DNA of 64,000 nt, taken from assembly GCA_965649765.1 (NCBI GenBank), contig OZ287748.1, forward strand, positions 55,738,001 to 55,802,000, in the 5' to 3' direction. This document shows, piece by piece, positions 11,881-26,302 of this stretch (position 1 is the first letter of the stretch; each line of letters begins with the position of its first letter). Under the pieces are notes generated by a model that saw nothing but the letters and a program-made list of their open reading frames with translations, was not told the origin of the DNA and ran no database searches. A program made the translations under genes and the position numbers. This stretch comes from Bispira polyomma (taxonomy: Eukaryota).

Positions 11881-14800
11881 CCAGCCAACAGTTACAATTA
11901 ATTAGTAGTAAAGGCGTATTTAATAAAATTCTGTTGTTAGAAACATTGGTTCTAGGTATAAAATGAATTATAAAGAGACCCTGGGTAATGTTTTGGATAA
12001 GTTCCTGTGAAGCATTGATTGAAAGTCTTAAGTAGTTTGCAAACAAGTGCAAGACGAGTACTAACATGTGAGGTACCAGCATGCGAGTGGGTTCAATGCT
12101 TTCACATACAAGGAAGAAATCAGATTTGCATTATGCCATGTATGTGAATGCATATTTGGCTTATTTTCACTGTTATTATATTGTTTTTCGAAAAAAACTT
12201 GCTGGTATTCTGCTGGTATTCGCCCAAATTTAGTCTGCAAAGGGCTTTAAAGTTAGTTAAGGTCTCAGTGCTTCTGGAGAGAAAGTGTCACCATGGCATG
12301 TCAGCATGTTAAACTAACTGTCAATATTAGGTGTCTGCACAATAACACAAATCCACCCATATAAACAGTTACATCTAGTACTAAGAAACTGATTGACACT
12401 GAATTAATTAAATAAGTAACATTAACAACAGTCAAAATTATGAAATTATTTCATACAAGACATAACCCCCCCCCCCCCCCCCACACACACACACGCACAC
12501 TGCTACAAAGCCATCATAAATTCATGCTTTAACCCATACTCAACTGAAATATAGGTTATGTATAAACCCTTGTTCATAGGCCTCACCTAAATTTGTGATC
12601 ATTCATTTTAATAAAAAATTTCAACACTGAATTCAAATATGAGCTCAGATTTTAGATATACTTATTCTATCCAGAATTGTGGATAATCCAAATTTGAGTT
12701 GAGTATCTGCTTCTAGGTGAGTATATGTCGTAGAATACTAACACATGGTATTGTACAAATAGGAAAGGGACAAATTTTGAATATAAATTTTAGGGATGTT
12801 TATAATCCTTACAACAATCTTACCATCTAGTCGGAAATAAATGTGATGTGAAAACAGCTGATGAAAGTATAACAATACTCTCCAACCATAAAGCAAGAAA
12901 TAATTATAAAAATCAAATGGAGCAACTTAAAATTGAAACAAAGCTTAGTTGTTGGTTTTTTGCAAGCAGTGGATGCTGTAAATTGAAGTGTATCATATGT
13001 GTGAACTGTCCATGTTCTTGTGACTGAAGCAACAGGTTCATAATACTAATCTACAATATTGTACCCCAAAACAGAGTAGTCTATACTCATATATTTGCCT
13101 CTTTGGTAGGTTTGCAAACTTCCCTGATAAATCTGTGTGTTTGTTTATTTTTTTTATCTCAAAGTTTATGTATATATAGTACATGTTACAACGAAACACC
13201 AGTATGGATACATGACATAAAAAATTAATAATAAGGTGAGAAAATTGTTAACTTTTTCTATTTTAGTATATCAGTAGCACCATCTTAATGTTCTATTTGT
13301 ACTAGTATTATTATATCAACAAAAATTTCAAGATATCAATAAGATATTAAAATGTCACTACAATTATAAATAATTTTGCACAGAAAAATAAGATAAAGTT
13401 ACATCACTGAAATAAGTATCACAATCTTTCATTTTTAAATTTTCACTTTTTATACAGAATAAAGTACCAAGAACCCCTCTAGGGGAATGTGTAAAATGGT
13501 TATATTCCTTGTTATTGTAGTCAATATAATAAAATCAATAAAATTTAAAATATTTGTGTCTGAAATCAAACTATCTGAATTAAATACCCCCCCCCCCTCC
13601 ATATAAATAAGAAATGTCTTCTATTGTATTTACATTACACAAAACAAACCAAAAAACAGATCGTATAACATACATGTTTTTATTAATTTTAAATTTTATT
13701 TATTAAATTTTTAAACCTGTTTCTAAACATTTTGTTTATGTTTTTTGCTCCCCCCCTACTGGTGTATTTATTGGCACACAAACCCCACAACAAGAGAAAG
13801 TAATGGTACAACAGAAACAAAAATATACCACATTACACTGGATTGTATAACATAATCATATTGCACCATTAATAGCCTGCCATCATATTTTTCTGATTAT
13901 TACATATTGTAATGTCTGTAAAATAATAAATATCAGTTTCCTGCTCTGTAAGTCATCTCAGAGACAGTAGTATTGGTTCCAAATGACGTTTTAAATGCAA
14001 GAGACTGTTGTATTAAAACTGGTGTATTTATTGCATTGAATTGTATTGTATTTTAAAGAGAAAGGAAAGTCACAATAAAAATAACTGCATGTTAAAATAT
14101 CTCTGTTGGCTCTGTTGCAACGTTTTGTTATTTTACTTGACAATTTTTATGTAAAATTCAATAATCAGATGTAAATTGCCTGACATTGACATATGCCTGT
14201 ATTTTGTGCTTTGGAAACATTACAAGATGTGTGCAATACACACACACTCACACACCTAAGCACACACACACATCCCTCCACCTTCTTCTTTTGTTCAAAC
14301 TAAAAAAAAAAGACAAAGTAACTATAACAAGGACATATTCACACAATTACAACTCCAAGCACATCACACAGCCAGCTGCAATTATAATCACCCTCAAGAG
14401 ACACCAAAATATAATTATGTATTCCTCTGTAGATATATATATATATACATAATCACATCATCACAAAACAAACCAGATTTCTGGCCATTATGAGTAACCC
14501 ATAGAGACAGAAAAAAACAGTAGCCCAGTGTTCAAAATTACAACAAAAAATCATAATCATGGCCTTTCCTACCAATGAGGAACCTGCGTGAGCATTGTGG
14601 CCTATGAAAATGCTATTCACACCGGTTGCTAAGCAACAATATGCAAAACGTGTCCGGAGGCGAGGCTCACAATCACACACACACTTACATAGTAATGAAC
14701 TCCATGGTGACATATATATAGTCAACGTCAGTTATGGCATATTTTTTTTTCTCTCTCTCTCTCTCTCTTTCTTTTTCTCTCAAGTGTATGTGAGGAAAGT

Positions 14801-15979
14801 TTCGGGGGTCTGTCTGGGTAATAAAAGCCAACGTTGTGTCTGAGAGTGTGTACTAGACGAGCACAGTTCTTTATTTTATGTGCAACAAAATGGCAATAAA
14901 ACTGAGTCATAGAATATCTTCACAATATTGGTATTGTTAGTTGTGTGTGTCTGTTTTTTGTTGTTGTTGCTTTTTGCATACCTGCTTGTATATGTATCTA
15001 CACATACCATATATATAAGTGTGTTCATTTACTACATGTTTTTGAGGCAGGTTTCTACCAAAGGTATCTTAGAAGTCTTGTCACCATAGCATCATAGTTG
15101 ATTCTATGGGGTATCTTAGAATACTGTTTATTTATAGTTGTCTCTTTATAGTAAAAAGGTGCTATGTATATGACCATGTGATTAAAAATGCCATGTGATT
15201 TTTCCTTTTAGTTGTGTGTATGACATAGACTTTAAAACCATTAATATCAGTGGCTTTTGAAGATTCCTTTGTTTCTCTATAAATTAGTTTTTATCATCAA
15301 CAGCTGTAGAGGGTATGTTCTGTTTTCACATAACCATTCTTTCATTATCCTTATCTATCCCTCTTCTTGACTTATTAGCTATCTTCATCATCAATTCTTA
15401 CCTATTCCATATCTCAATTGTCCTGAGTTCTCACCTATGCTTATCCCAATTCTATGTATGTCCTTACTTATCTGTCCTTTGTCGTTATCTATCGATATCC
15501 CAACTTTTGTATCTATTGTGATCCTTTAAATTTATTATTCCTTCAGCTCTAACACAGACCCTGACAAGCATTTGCCACTTATAACTGCCATTCCCTTAAC
15601 AGAGGGTAACCAAACTCCCAAATGACTAATTATCCATATCCCCAAGCATCTTCATTACAATTCAATTGAAAGGGAGAAGACCAAATGGCAAAAGGACCAT
15701 CATACCGTTTTTACTGTTATTTGACATTGTATATTTTATAGTACTTCAAAATGAAGCCAGTGGCCATATTCTCCAAACAAAACTCCAGATCAACTCAGAC
15801 TCATCTCTATGTCTCCATACACCTCTGACTGGAGAGAAGTTAAGCAAATGCTGACTGCAAATTTAAATTCAGCACTGACAAGCTACTCCAAAGTGAATGA
15901 TCAAAAGCATATGTTAATTTCATATGGACTTCCACATACTCTTCATTAGAGTTGAGTCTGAGTTTTTTTTTCAGCTTGA

Positions 15980-16375
15980 GGTCCAGATCCTCTGTTAACA
16001 CAAGGCCAGATGATTTTATTTCTAAGATGACACAATTTTGTAGTCTACATTTCCTCTGTTAACACAAGGTCAATGGATTTTATCTATGAGATGACTCCAG
16101 TTTTGTGGTCTCTAGGTCCTCTGTTGACACAAGACCAGTGGATTTTAACTTTGAGATGACACCAGTTTTGTGGTCTTAAGTCCTCTGTTGACACAAGGCC
16201 AGTAGATTTTAACTTTGAGATGACACCAGCTTTGTGGTCTTTAGGTCCTCTGTTAACACAAGACAAGGGGGTTTGATCTCTGAGCTGACACCTTTTTTGG
16301 TCTCAAGACCCAGGTCCTCTGTTAATACAAGGCCAGAGGATTGTTTCTCTGAACTGACACCTTCCTGTGGTCTAC
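15980..16375. repeat. Minisatellite, ~65-bp unit, about 6 copies
   Basis: tcctctgtt(a/g)acacaag anchors at 15988, 16052, 16117, 16181, 16246 and 16315. Confidence 0.9.
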
Positions 16376-16600
16376 AGTGACCTAGTGGTTAGTGAGTCTA
16401 TCTGGTAATCAAATGGTCCCATATTTCTACTGGTAGTGCCATCATGGTTACTAGGGGATAACATCCTTTGGCAAGATATGAACTCGCCATAACCTACTGA
16501 TGACGACCAATGCTTTATTGTTGTAGGACTATATCCCTTCATGAAAAAAGAACCTAGCAGGACAGAATATCAATTTGATCCTATATAATAAGAGGTTTCA
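16376..16600 (+). mobile_element. Degraded tRNA SINE
   Basis: A-box gtgacctagtggttag and CORE-like tcctttggcaagat. Confidence 0.45.
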
Positions 16601-17699
16601 AATAAATCACAATCTTAATTATTACTGCTTAAAAAAATGCAAGACCTAAAACATCCCATATCAATTTTGTCTCCTTGATGGCTCATATATGAAACACATT
16701 AAATACCTTTTCTCGACCTAAAACATGCAGACCATCGAATTGAGGTACTACAGACTATGTTGGAAGAAAATCAAAAGTTTCCAAGTCATTAATTTTCTAT
16801 TTTATACACACACAACTAGTTTTATTCTGTCCTACCAATACATAGACACAGAGAGTTAGACTGGGAGACAACAGGGGTAAAAAAACTCTTAACATTTGTT
16901 CTCTTTGAGAGGGTAAAAATGGTATCAAGCTAGTTTGATATCTCTATTAGTAAGGGGTCTACAAATGTAAAAGAAGAGTTATTGGGGCACTGGGTTTCAA
17001 CTCAATGCCAATGCGCTTTGACCTTTGTATAGGGCCTGGTGTGTCAATGAAAGAGGAGGGCTTCATTTTTTTTTAAAGAAGACGAAATTGTAATATTTTT
17101 TTGGGGGGTTGAAAGATATAGGATTTATAAAATCATGTCACTTTCAGGTAATTTGGTTTCAGTCACAAAGTTAATTAAATCTCCATTGTACAGAGGTGGT
17201 TTGTTTTTTGTGAGCAGGGGAGACTAAATATTTAGTGGGAAAAAAGTGAAATGTACAAATACTTCTGGTAGAACATTGTGGAGAAAAAAAACGTGGTCAT
17301 TAATACAGTTTTGTAGTAAATTATATAATATTTATCATGTGGTAAGAGATAACTTATATATCTCATTGTGAAATATGTGATATTGATTAAGCCAGCACAA
17401 AACTATGCAAATTAGAATATAATTTGTGTCTCACCACTAAAGGTATTTGAATTATCAGCCTATCCTGTAATGCACATTTAACCCCTTTCCACCTTTGACC
17501 GTACTTAACATGTTGTCAGTGTATGGGTAAATTATTAGAAAACATAGAACATATGATGATTAAACTGATAGAATATTATGATGTTCCCTGCCGCTTTGAT
17601 TTCCCCACCCTTTAAATTTATAACATGGCGTGGAAATTTAAAATGATGGCCAGGCCATTTTACTACATTTTTCATATATTTAAGATGCATTCTTAAAAA

Positions 17700-18800
17700 T
17701 TGTTTCATTATTCATATGGAGTACCCCAGGGATCCGTCCTTGGTCCTCTACTTTTCACCCTTTATACACATCCTCTCAGCACTGTCATCAATAAACACAA
17801 TATAAAACACCACATGTATGCAGACGACACTCAAGTCTATCTCTCCCTCAATCCACAAAACGCAGATACTAACATAGACCTACTTGCAGACTGTCTGTCT
17901 GATGTCCAGGCGTGGATGAACTACTCCAAACTAAAGCTTAACCCTGACAAAACAGAATTCATCCTCATAGGAAACAAGAAAAACAGTGAACTCCTAAAAT
18001 CTTTGTTTCCCATCTCCCTGCTGGGAAAAGACATACTACCTTCCGAAAATGCTAAAAACCTGGGTGTCACTTTTGATTCAGCTTTTTCGTTCGATACTCA
18101 TGTTGCCAACATCTGTTGCTCCTGCTATTACCACATACACGACATCAAAAGAATCAGAAACCACTTGTCCATGGACACAGCGATAACTGTGGCAAATGCC
18201 CTTGTAAGTAGCCGCCTCGACTACTGCAATTCTCTCTTGTACGAAGCAAATAAGTCAAACATTAAAAAGCTCCAATCCATCCAAAACTACCTATGTAGGG
18301 TCATTTTTCGCCTGGGTTGTTGCACAGACGTCACTCCTTACCTCAAAAAATTACACTGGTTGCCCATTAAATCTCGAATTTTGTTTAAAATTCACGTTAC
18401 CACTTTTAAGGCTGTAATCACTCAACAGCCACCCTACCTTGCCTCCCTTCTTTCCTTCAGTAACCGCAAGAGAGGCAACAGACTCTCTGTTACTTCGGTC
18501 AGACCAATCAGAAAGGCGGGTTTCAGAGTGTTCTCCACTGCAGCTCCACGGTTATGGAACAGTCTCTCAGTTGGCCTCAGATCAGTTGACACACTTATTG
18601 GTTTTAGGAAAAAGCTTAAAACCTATCTTTTTAATCTTGCCTACCCACCTTAGCTTTCCTCGTGCACGCTCCCACTTCCTTCCTTACGATTTTGCACTTT
18701 CCATGGACTTAATGATTGGACTAATGATTCTGCTGTTGGGCTTTAGAAGATGCCTAGCATCAATAAAGCGTGTTAAAAATCTATAATAATAATAATAATT
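17700..18800 (+). mobile_element. 5'-truncated L2 LINE with uninterrupted RT C-terminal ORF (17700-18653), 3' UTR and (aat)n tail
   Basis: 317-aa ORF containing [54 protein letters not shown] and LKTYLF. Ends in aataaagcgtgttaaaaatct followed by (ata)n. Confidence 0.97.
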
Positions 18801-21656
18801 ATTACAACATAGCTTACCTCCTATATGCAAACCCATCTTGAGATAATTAGGGAAGCTTATTAAGTTAGTTTAAATATGTAATGTCTATAAAAATAGGTGT
18901 AAAACTATACCATTTTGCAGAAATCATAATTTACTATGTTCAGCCACTTACACTTCACAAAACTAAAATATATCTAATGCCTAGGTCACACTTACAAGGT
19001 TTAGCCTGCCGAATGGCTGCGCTTTAAAACCTGTGGTCATTCTTGATTATACCCAGAACGACCTGGATCAACCTTAACAAACTTCAGCTAAGAAAGTTTG
19101 AGCTGTACTACAAACTACCCGTACAAGTAACATAATTTTCCAGCCATCATTCAACGGATGGCCGCTAGTGATAGAAAAGCTTTATCTGAATATACACATG
19201 TATATCAGAAGGGCTGAATCATGGCCAAACCTTGAATGTATAAAAAGGGTATTACTAAAATCGAATAAATCTGCTAACACTCAGTCCAAGCAGTCACATG
19301 TCTGTGGGTTTGCTTATAGAGGAAACCATTGCAGATTAGTTAGGTTAAGATTCCTTTACTTCCAACCTTCAGCAAGTCTACTATAAACTTTTCACATGTT
19401 TCAAACCCACAGATACAGAGATTGGGGGCAAGAGTTTTACCGGTACATCACCAAGGCCCCACGCCTCACAAGTCTACAAAATTCCCTTTTAAAGTAACTT
19501 TACCTCGCGTTTTTCTTATTTTACCTGCACAGATAAATACCACAGAGTCATTCTGTGAAGGGGGATCTTTATAAGTTTCTTCATGTATAGAACTACTTTG
19601 CCTGTATTGATGATCCCACAACAAATACACTGAGCAGATGTTTGCAGCACTTGCAAGGTAAGATTATTGGGGGTAGTTGTTTTATGGCTGAGTTTAAATA
19701 GGAGAAATGCCTCAGTCATATGAAAATGGGAAGCCTGTACCAAATCAGTGCAATAGGTATTCGTGTGATATAAAATCATTTGCATTACATAATTGATTTT
19801 GAGATTACAATCAGCTCATTAAAGCACTATTTGCAGCAATTAGATTAAGAGACAAACATCCACTGCCAAATTATACGACCAATTTATCCTTTTGGACAAA
19901 GAAACAGAAAATAGAGTTCGTGGAATATGGGGTAGATATATAGTCTTAAGTTAGCCTTACAGGGTTACAGAAGGTTTCTATGTTTCAGAAAGTATGAGAC
20001 TTACATCGGTTTCATAGAAGCTTTATCAAACAAAAACCCTAATAGGAATGTATTGAGAAAATATTGAAAACATTTAGTACCTGAGTTTTAGGCATTATTT
20101 TACATTGGAAAACACATTGCAAACCAAATTCCCACTTAATTTCAAGCCCATTAAAATTTCAATCTGATAGACAGGACCCCGTATGTGTGTACTATACATG
20201 AAGGTGCATATGTTCCCGCCATTCATGTCAAGGGAGGTGTTTGAGCAGACGACAATTCTCACTGGCCGTGTATATAGCAAAATACGACATTTGGCCAGCA
20301 GAGAGGACTGGCTGCCAGGCAGGGGTTCGGGGGTAGTGGTGGGGGAAGAGAGGTGTGTAGGAAGAGAGGGGGAGGGGGTGGCGTGAGGTCTGGGTGTTAG
20401 GCTAGGGGGAATTGTCACACTTATAGGGTGGGTAGGTGGGTACTGGTGCCAATGAAGTCTACAACCAAACAATAAAACTATTGAATAAACATTAAAAAGA
20501 CAAAACTTACTGTTATGAAGATATTAAGTTGACCTTAAACTGGATTTTTTCCAGCTGGATATATTTTTAATTTCTAAAACACAAATACCTGTGTAATTAA
20601 TTTACTGTCATGATTATTATTATTAATTTTATTTTTTATTCATAAACAAACAATTATTTCACTGTGATAACATACAGATAGCCGAGTAAACATTTTTGTT
20701 TTTATTTAAATATTTATGTTGGACACTTTATGTCTGTTTTTAAGTTTTACCAGTAAAACAGTTAAGATATACTTGAAAGTTATTTGATAGAGACATAATC
20801 ATCCCAATCTGTTTGTGTGTTTATGGGGTATTATTACCTGTCTAATGACACTCATCAAACAGATTGATTGTGATGAAACCTCCCAGTTGAGTTGAGGGGT
20901 GGGATATGGGTGGGGGTTGGGAGGCTAAACACTTAATTTATAGACACACACACATATACTACTACATCAGCGGGCATAGTGGCTGGAAGAAAATAACACT
21001 AATTTACAATTTTTGAGAAGTTTACTGGAATTAATTTTTACCATTGGCTATTAAAAAAAAAGATTAAAATATAAATACAACCTAAAATTTTCACTGGGAA
21101 GTACTTTCCATTATCCCAACTAATTTAGCTAAAATAAATTCCTAGTCAAAATTTCCACTTATACAGTATGACCAAGGGGGAATGGTAAGACTATTTGAAC
21201 AAGATGTTAAGTCTCTGAGATCTCTCATGACAGATAGGTGACTTACGGATGATACAGGGTAATTAGATGAAATGAAACACATTGACAATTTCCCCTTTTA
21301 TCGCCCATTCATTCAAATATTGCAGTGTTACACAAAAGAGATTTCAAATAATTCTTTTTTTCATCACGTGGACGCTTGTTTTCTAACAATTGAAGATATA
21401 GAGGTGTGTTTTTGTTATTTTATGTGGCTTAATGAAGACTGTATGGAGTCATTTGGTAGTTTGGAACTATTGTAACTGTACTTTTAATAGTGTGTTCTGT
21501 TTTGTCAAAGTTGTCTTCCTGTCATGCTATACAAAAGAAGTGAAGAGAAATATGTTTCCTTGAATTGTTTTTAAAATAGTTAATAAACATCTTTATACAA
21601 GGTTACGCCTCTGTATAAACCTGTAATATCTTTCTATATTCATGTTGTGCAAATAT

Positions 21657-22606
21657 TGGAGCCCAACTTCCGATTTAGCCAATCTTAAGATGCCATTTAT
21701 AATGTATATTTTCTATGAGTGTAATTCTCTTTTAAAAATTGCCCTAAATTGCTGTAAGGTTACAATAAGCTTATCTTTTCCCTGAGATTTTTGATAGGTT
21801 TAAAATTCATTATTTAAAATTCATTATTGAATGTTCATAACTGTTAATTAAAATTTATTGCTTGTTTAAATGATGAATTTATAATATATGTTTCTGTCAC
21901 TAATTCTCTATTAAGAACTACGCTAAATTGCTGTAAGATCACAATTAACTTATCTTTTCACTATGCCTTTTTCACAGATTACTTCAAGATACCTTGATAT
22001 AATGGGAGGCCATGTTTAGCTTGATTTGTTTGTAAGTATTAGATCTGTGATTAACTGGATTTAGTGTTAGTAGTCATGTCTATCCTTTCACTAGCTTTAG
22101 TGTTGGGTAATCATGTCCACCATTGATTAATGAAATAGGAAGCCACAGCTCTAAGTTGATTTGTTTGTTATAACTGGATGTGTGATAGAAGAGTGACTAA
22201 ATGTTAATATTTATAATATTACAATTGTTTTAATAAATTAATAATTAGGACTACATAATAATATCTTTTTCTGTTTGTTTATACAAAATATATTTTGTGT
22301 GCTATGTAAATTATGTAGCCAATTTAAAAAGTAAGAGAAAGGTCACTGAAGGATATTTATAAAATGTATTTTTATTAATATCTTTTCATATTCTATTATA
22401 TTATGTTCCTGTATACAAAATCACGAGTTGGGCTAGTTTTCAATTTTAATTCAATCTCAAGTTGGGCTGGTTTTCCTAGCCAATCTTAAGTTGGGCTAGC
22501 CCATCTTAAGATGGGCTGACCCATCTTAAGATAGGCTGCCAAACTTGGGATCCTAAGCTGGGCTATAGCCCATCTTAAGATTGGCCAAATCGGAAGTTGG
22601 GCTCCA
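21657..22606. mobile_element. Non-autonomous TIR DNA transposon (~950 bp)
   Basis: 36-bp TIRs tggagcccaacttccgatttagccaatcttaagatg and catcttaagattggccaaatcggaagttgggctcca (1 mismatch). Subterminal repeats of gccc(a)atcttaagatgggct at 22455-22580. No clear TSD. Confidence 0.85.
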
Positions 22607-23589
22607 CCACAAACACTCCCCATTTTTTGGGAATATTGATATTTTTTATAGACACTTTGTAGAAATGTGGATATATTTTCAGTTTAACAATGCTGTCAAG
22701 AACTATGAATTATTTTGTGGCAGTCATTCTATTGGTGTAGGAAAGCAGTACAGGGCAATTGATCAAGGGTTTCTACACTGCAACCTGCCGATCAAGTTCA
22801 CTACCAATTTTCCTGCATCTATACCTGGCTTTTCTTTTGAATGCTGACTGCAGAGGTTAGGGTGCGTGTAGACTTAGTATTCTGCCACCAATGACGGCTT
22901 ATTAAACCAATGTTAAACCGAGCGGCGACCATAAGCAAAACATTATAAATTTAGCCTGACGTAAAATGGCTGACAGAGTTGTGCCAATGTTTGTAGTTAA
23001 TTTTTATTTTATAATAATTGGTATGTACCATGTTGGCATGAAATAACAAAATATCGTCTGCTTTATCATATATAAAGGTATATATTTATTTCAGCCAGAT
23101 TCTATCTCTGTATGTGCCGATTTTGATTTACAATGTTTTGCTGATGGTATCCGTTCTATTGCTTTTCGTGATTCAGCCGTCAAAATAACAGCAAGGAATC
23201 TCGCTAAATAGGGACGAATTATTCGGTCCAGAGGGCGTGTTACCTATACAGGACCAAGGCACACAAAAAGAAATACGTTTGCAATATTCCCTACTTTTGT
23301 TTAGTGTGTCCATGTTTAGGTGGAAATTTTATTACATGTTTATAAGCTTACATGTGTTGTAAAACACACTTCCGAATGTTACACGAAGAGAAAGCTTATT
23401 CATGAAAGCTATGGACATTTCCCACACATCAGGAGTGTTGCAAAAAACGCCCGCTATGAACTATAAACAGCACTATAATAGAACTGTAAATACCCTGTTT
23501 TGCAATATGTCATATTCTTTATTGGACTGTCCATATTTTTCTATGAAAGATATCTATTTCCTTTATGGTTATATATGTTGTGAAACACT

Positions 23590-24535
23590 GATGTGGACTG
23601 TCCACAAAACTATCGGACTATCTCACAAAACTATCACACTATCTTACAAAACTATCAGACACCCACAGAACTATTGAACTGTCTCACAAAACCATCGGAC
23701 TGTCCACAAAACTATCGGACTGCCCACAAAACTATTGAACTGTCCACAAAATTGTCGGACTGTCTACAAGACTAACGGACTGTCTCACAAATCTATTGGA
23801 CTGTCTTAAAAAACTATTGGACTGTCCACAAAACTATCAGACTGTTTCCCAAAACTTTTAGACTGTCCCACAAAACTATCGGACTGTCTCACACAACTAT
23901 CGGATGCCCACAAAATTATCGAACTGTCCACAAAACTATCGGACTGTCTCACAAGACTATCAGACTGTCCACAAAACTATCACATTGTCCCACAAAATTA
24001 TTATTAGACGCCTACAAAAGTATTAAACTGTCCACAAGATTATTGGACTGTCCACAAAACTATCAAACTGTCTCACAAAACTATCAGACTGTCCACAAAA
24101 CTATCGCATTGTCCCACAAAATTATTGCATTATCCCACAAAACTATCGGGCACCCACAAAACTATTGGACTGTCTCACAAAGCTATCGAACTGTCCACAA
24201 AACTATCGAACTGTCCACAAAACTATTGAACTGTCCACAAAACTATTGACCTGTCCACAAAACTATTGGATGCCCAAAAAACTATCACATGCCCACAAAA
24301 TATCAGATTGTTCACAAAACCATCAGACTGTCCACAAAACTATCTGACGGTCCACAAACTATCAGGCTGTCCACAAAACTATCAGATGCCCATAAGGCTA
24401 CCAGACTGTCCACAAAACTATTTGACTGTCCAAAACTATCAGACTGTCCACAAACTATCAGACTGTCCACAAGACTATCAGACCGTCCACAAGACTACCA
24501 GACTGTCCACAAACTATCAGACTGTCCACAAAGTT
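23590..24535. repeat. Minisatellite, ~19-21-bp unit (ggactgtccacaaaactatc), roughly 45 copies
   Basis: Directly visible. It accounts for the overlapping repetitive ORFs at 23593-24688. Confidence 0.95.
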
Positions 24536-26302
24536 ATGATATGCTGCAAATCGCTGTTACCAAGAGTTTACAGAGATATACACGTTTATAACTTCTATAA
24601 AAATATGGTCTGTAGCAAAAAACTATTATTTTATGATGTATATTGTATATATATTTTTAGAATTCTATGCTCCTGTATCTTAAGGTAAACCAATTCAACT
24701 TAAAGCCTGTAAAAAAAGCCTTAGATTTGTAACACTCGGACAAGTTATGCAATATTTATTGCCATATCGTATTGGAATTTCATAAATATTTGGACTGTCG
24801 ATTTTTTTGTGTTTTGTAATGTGATCTTGTACAGCACACAACATAAATAGTTTTTAAACAGCAGTTTAAGCTTATGTTTCTGATGTTGATTCTATCACTT
24901 TCCTTTCTTTCATATAAAGCAGTTTCTTGTGTCTAATGCTGATGTCAGCCAGCCAATACAGACTGATTTAATCACTGTAGGTACGACAAAAATATTAGGC
25001 GGCCGTGGTCTGTTAACACAACTACAGAAAACCCATATTTTTAAAATAAAATATAATATTCTTCACAAATTAAGTGGCCACCAAAATCTTACAAATGGAT
25101 TCTGCTATTAGCTTCTAGCGTTTTTTTTTTTTTTTTTTTACCCCAGCTGATGGTGGTTTGATACATTTAAATATAGGTTATAAAACCCGGACAGTTCCAA
25201 AATAATTTGGAATTTCTGTACACTCGGACTGGTTTTGATTATCTTGTTTTTATTTGTCGAACCTATTTAAAGATTTAATCAAACTTTAAAAAAACTAAAC
25301 TTTTATGGCTCTTAATCTCTCCATAATAGGAAATTCTAAGGCGCAAGCAGAATTATTATTCAATTTTGGATAACTGTTAGACAGGCATGGGTCAGCACCG
25401 TGGAGACGCCATTAGGTGTAAGGTATGGGCGATAACAGATATATTATATAAGAGATATAGATATTCCAACCAAAGCATTGCTGTAGTTAGTTTTGTGCCT
25501 GCGTCTATAACTTCTTTCCTTAATCCTTTTGCAGACAAAAGGCGACATGATGTGACACAAAAATTAGAACATTTACAAAACTATAGTAAAATACACACAG
25601 AATGCGAGGGAACACAGGGCTAGAAATATATTGAAATGGATTAAAGGTTAAAAGATAAATACCAAAAGAATAAACATGTGTGAGTATGATTTTAAGATGT
25701 GTTAATAATAAGTGGATCAATAAAGTGTCTCACTTTTGATATGTGTACATACTTGTCGCATCAGATACATTTTGTATAAATTACTCGCACCATCCTGTCC
25801 TATCGCACCAGACTTGTTCTGCAAAGCTCTTAACTGACTCAGTTAAATATAATAAAACCTTGGGCAGTGTAACGATCTCTTTGGTAACAAATGTGGAGTT
25901 AGAATGATAGAAATGCCAATAATAGTCAAAAACAGATAGTGTTTGGTTGGCGAGCCCACATCAAAAGCCATTACTCTTAATTATTCTGCACTTTAATCAC
26001 AACAGTTTGTCAATAGTTTCCATCAATTTGACAGCAAAAAAAGAAAACTCCTCAGCAAACCAAACAGTTTGTTTTGTCTCAACTCTTTGGGTTAAAGTCA
26101 AGTATTGCTTTTCCAAATCAGGACAACAAAGAGTATTTCTTCTTTTATAAACATCTTAAGTCTCATGTTTTTATCAACCAAGCCTTTCCAACATAATCCT
26201 TCTTTCCCTTGAGTGAATGCTTATCTTTTCGTTGATGACCTTGTCTGTGCCCATAACATTATAAAATTTACCTATAATCAAGATGTTATGACACTTTTGA
26301 GC

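Noticed and set aside
18975-19500. gcctaggtcacact start resembling a Harbinger TIR
   Set aside because: No matching right TIR or TSD found.
20320-20440. G-rich tracts with G-quadruplex potential (also about 47470, 47657, 51969 and 63105)
   Set aside because: Common low-complexity sequence in such genomes, with no specific evidence of function.
23402-24688. Overlapping Cys/His-containing repetitive ORFs (e.g. DCPQNYQTVHK)
   Set aside because: They are translations of a ~20-bp minisatellite in all three frames with no frame preservation.
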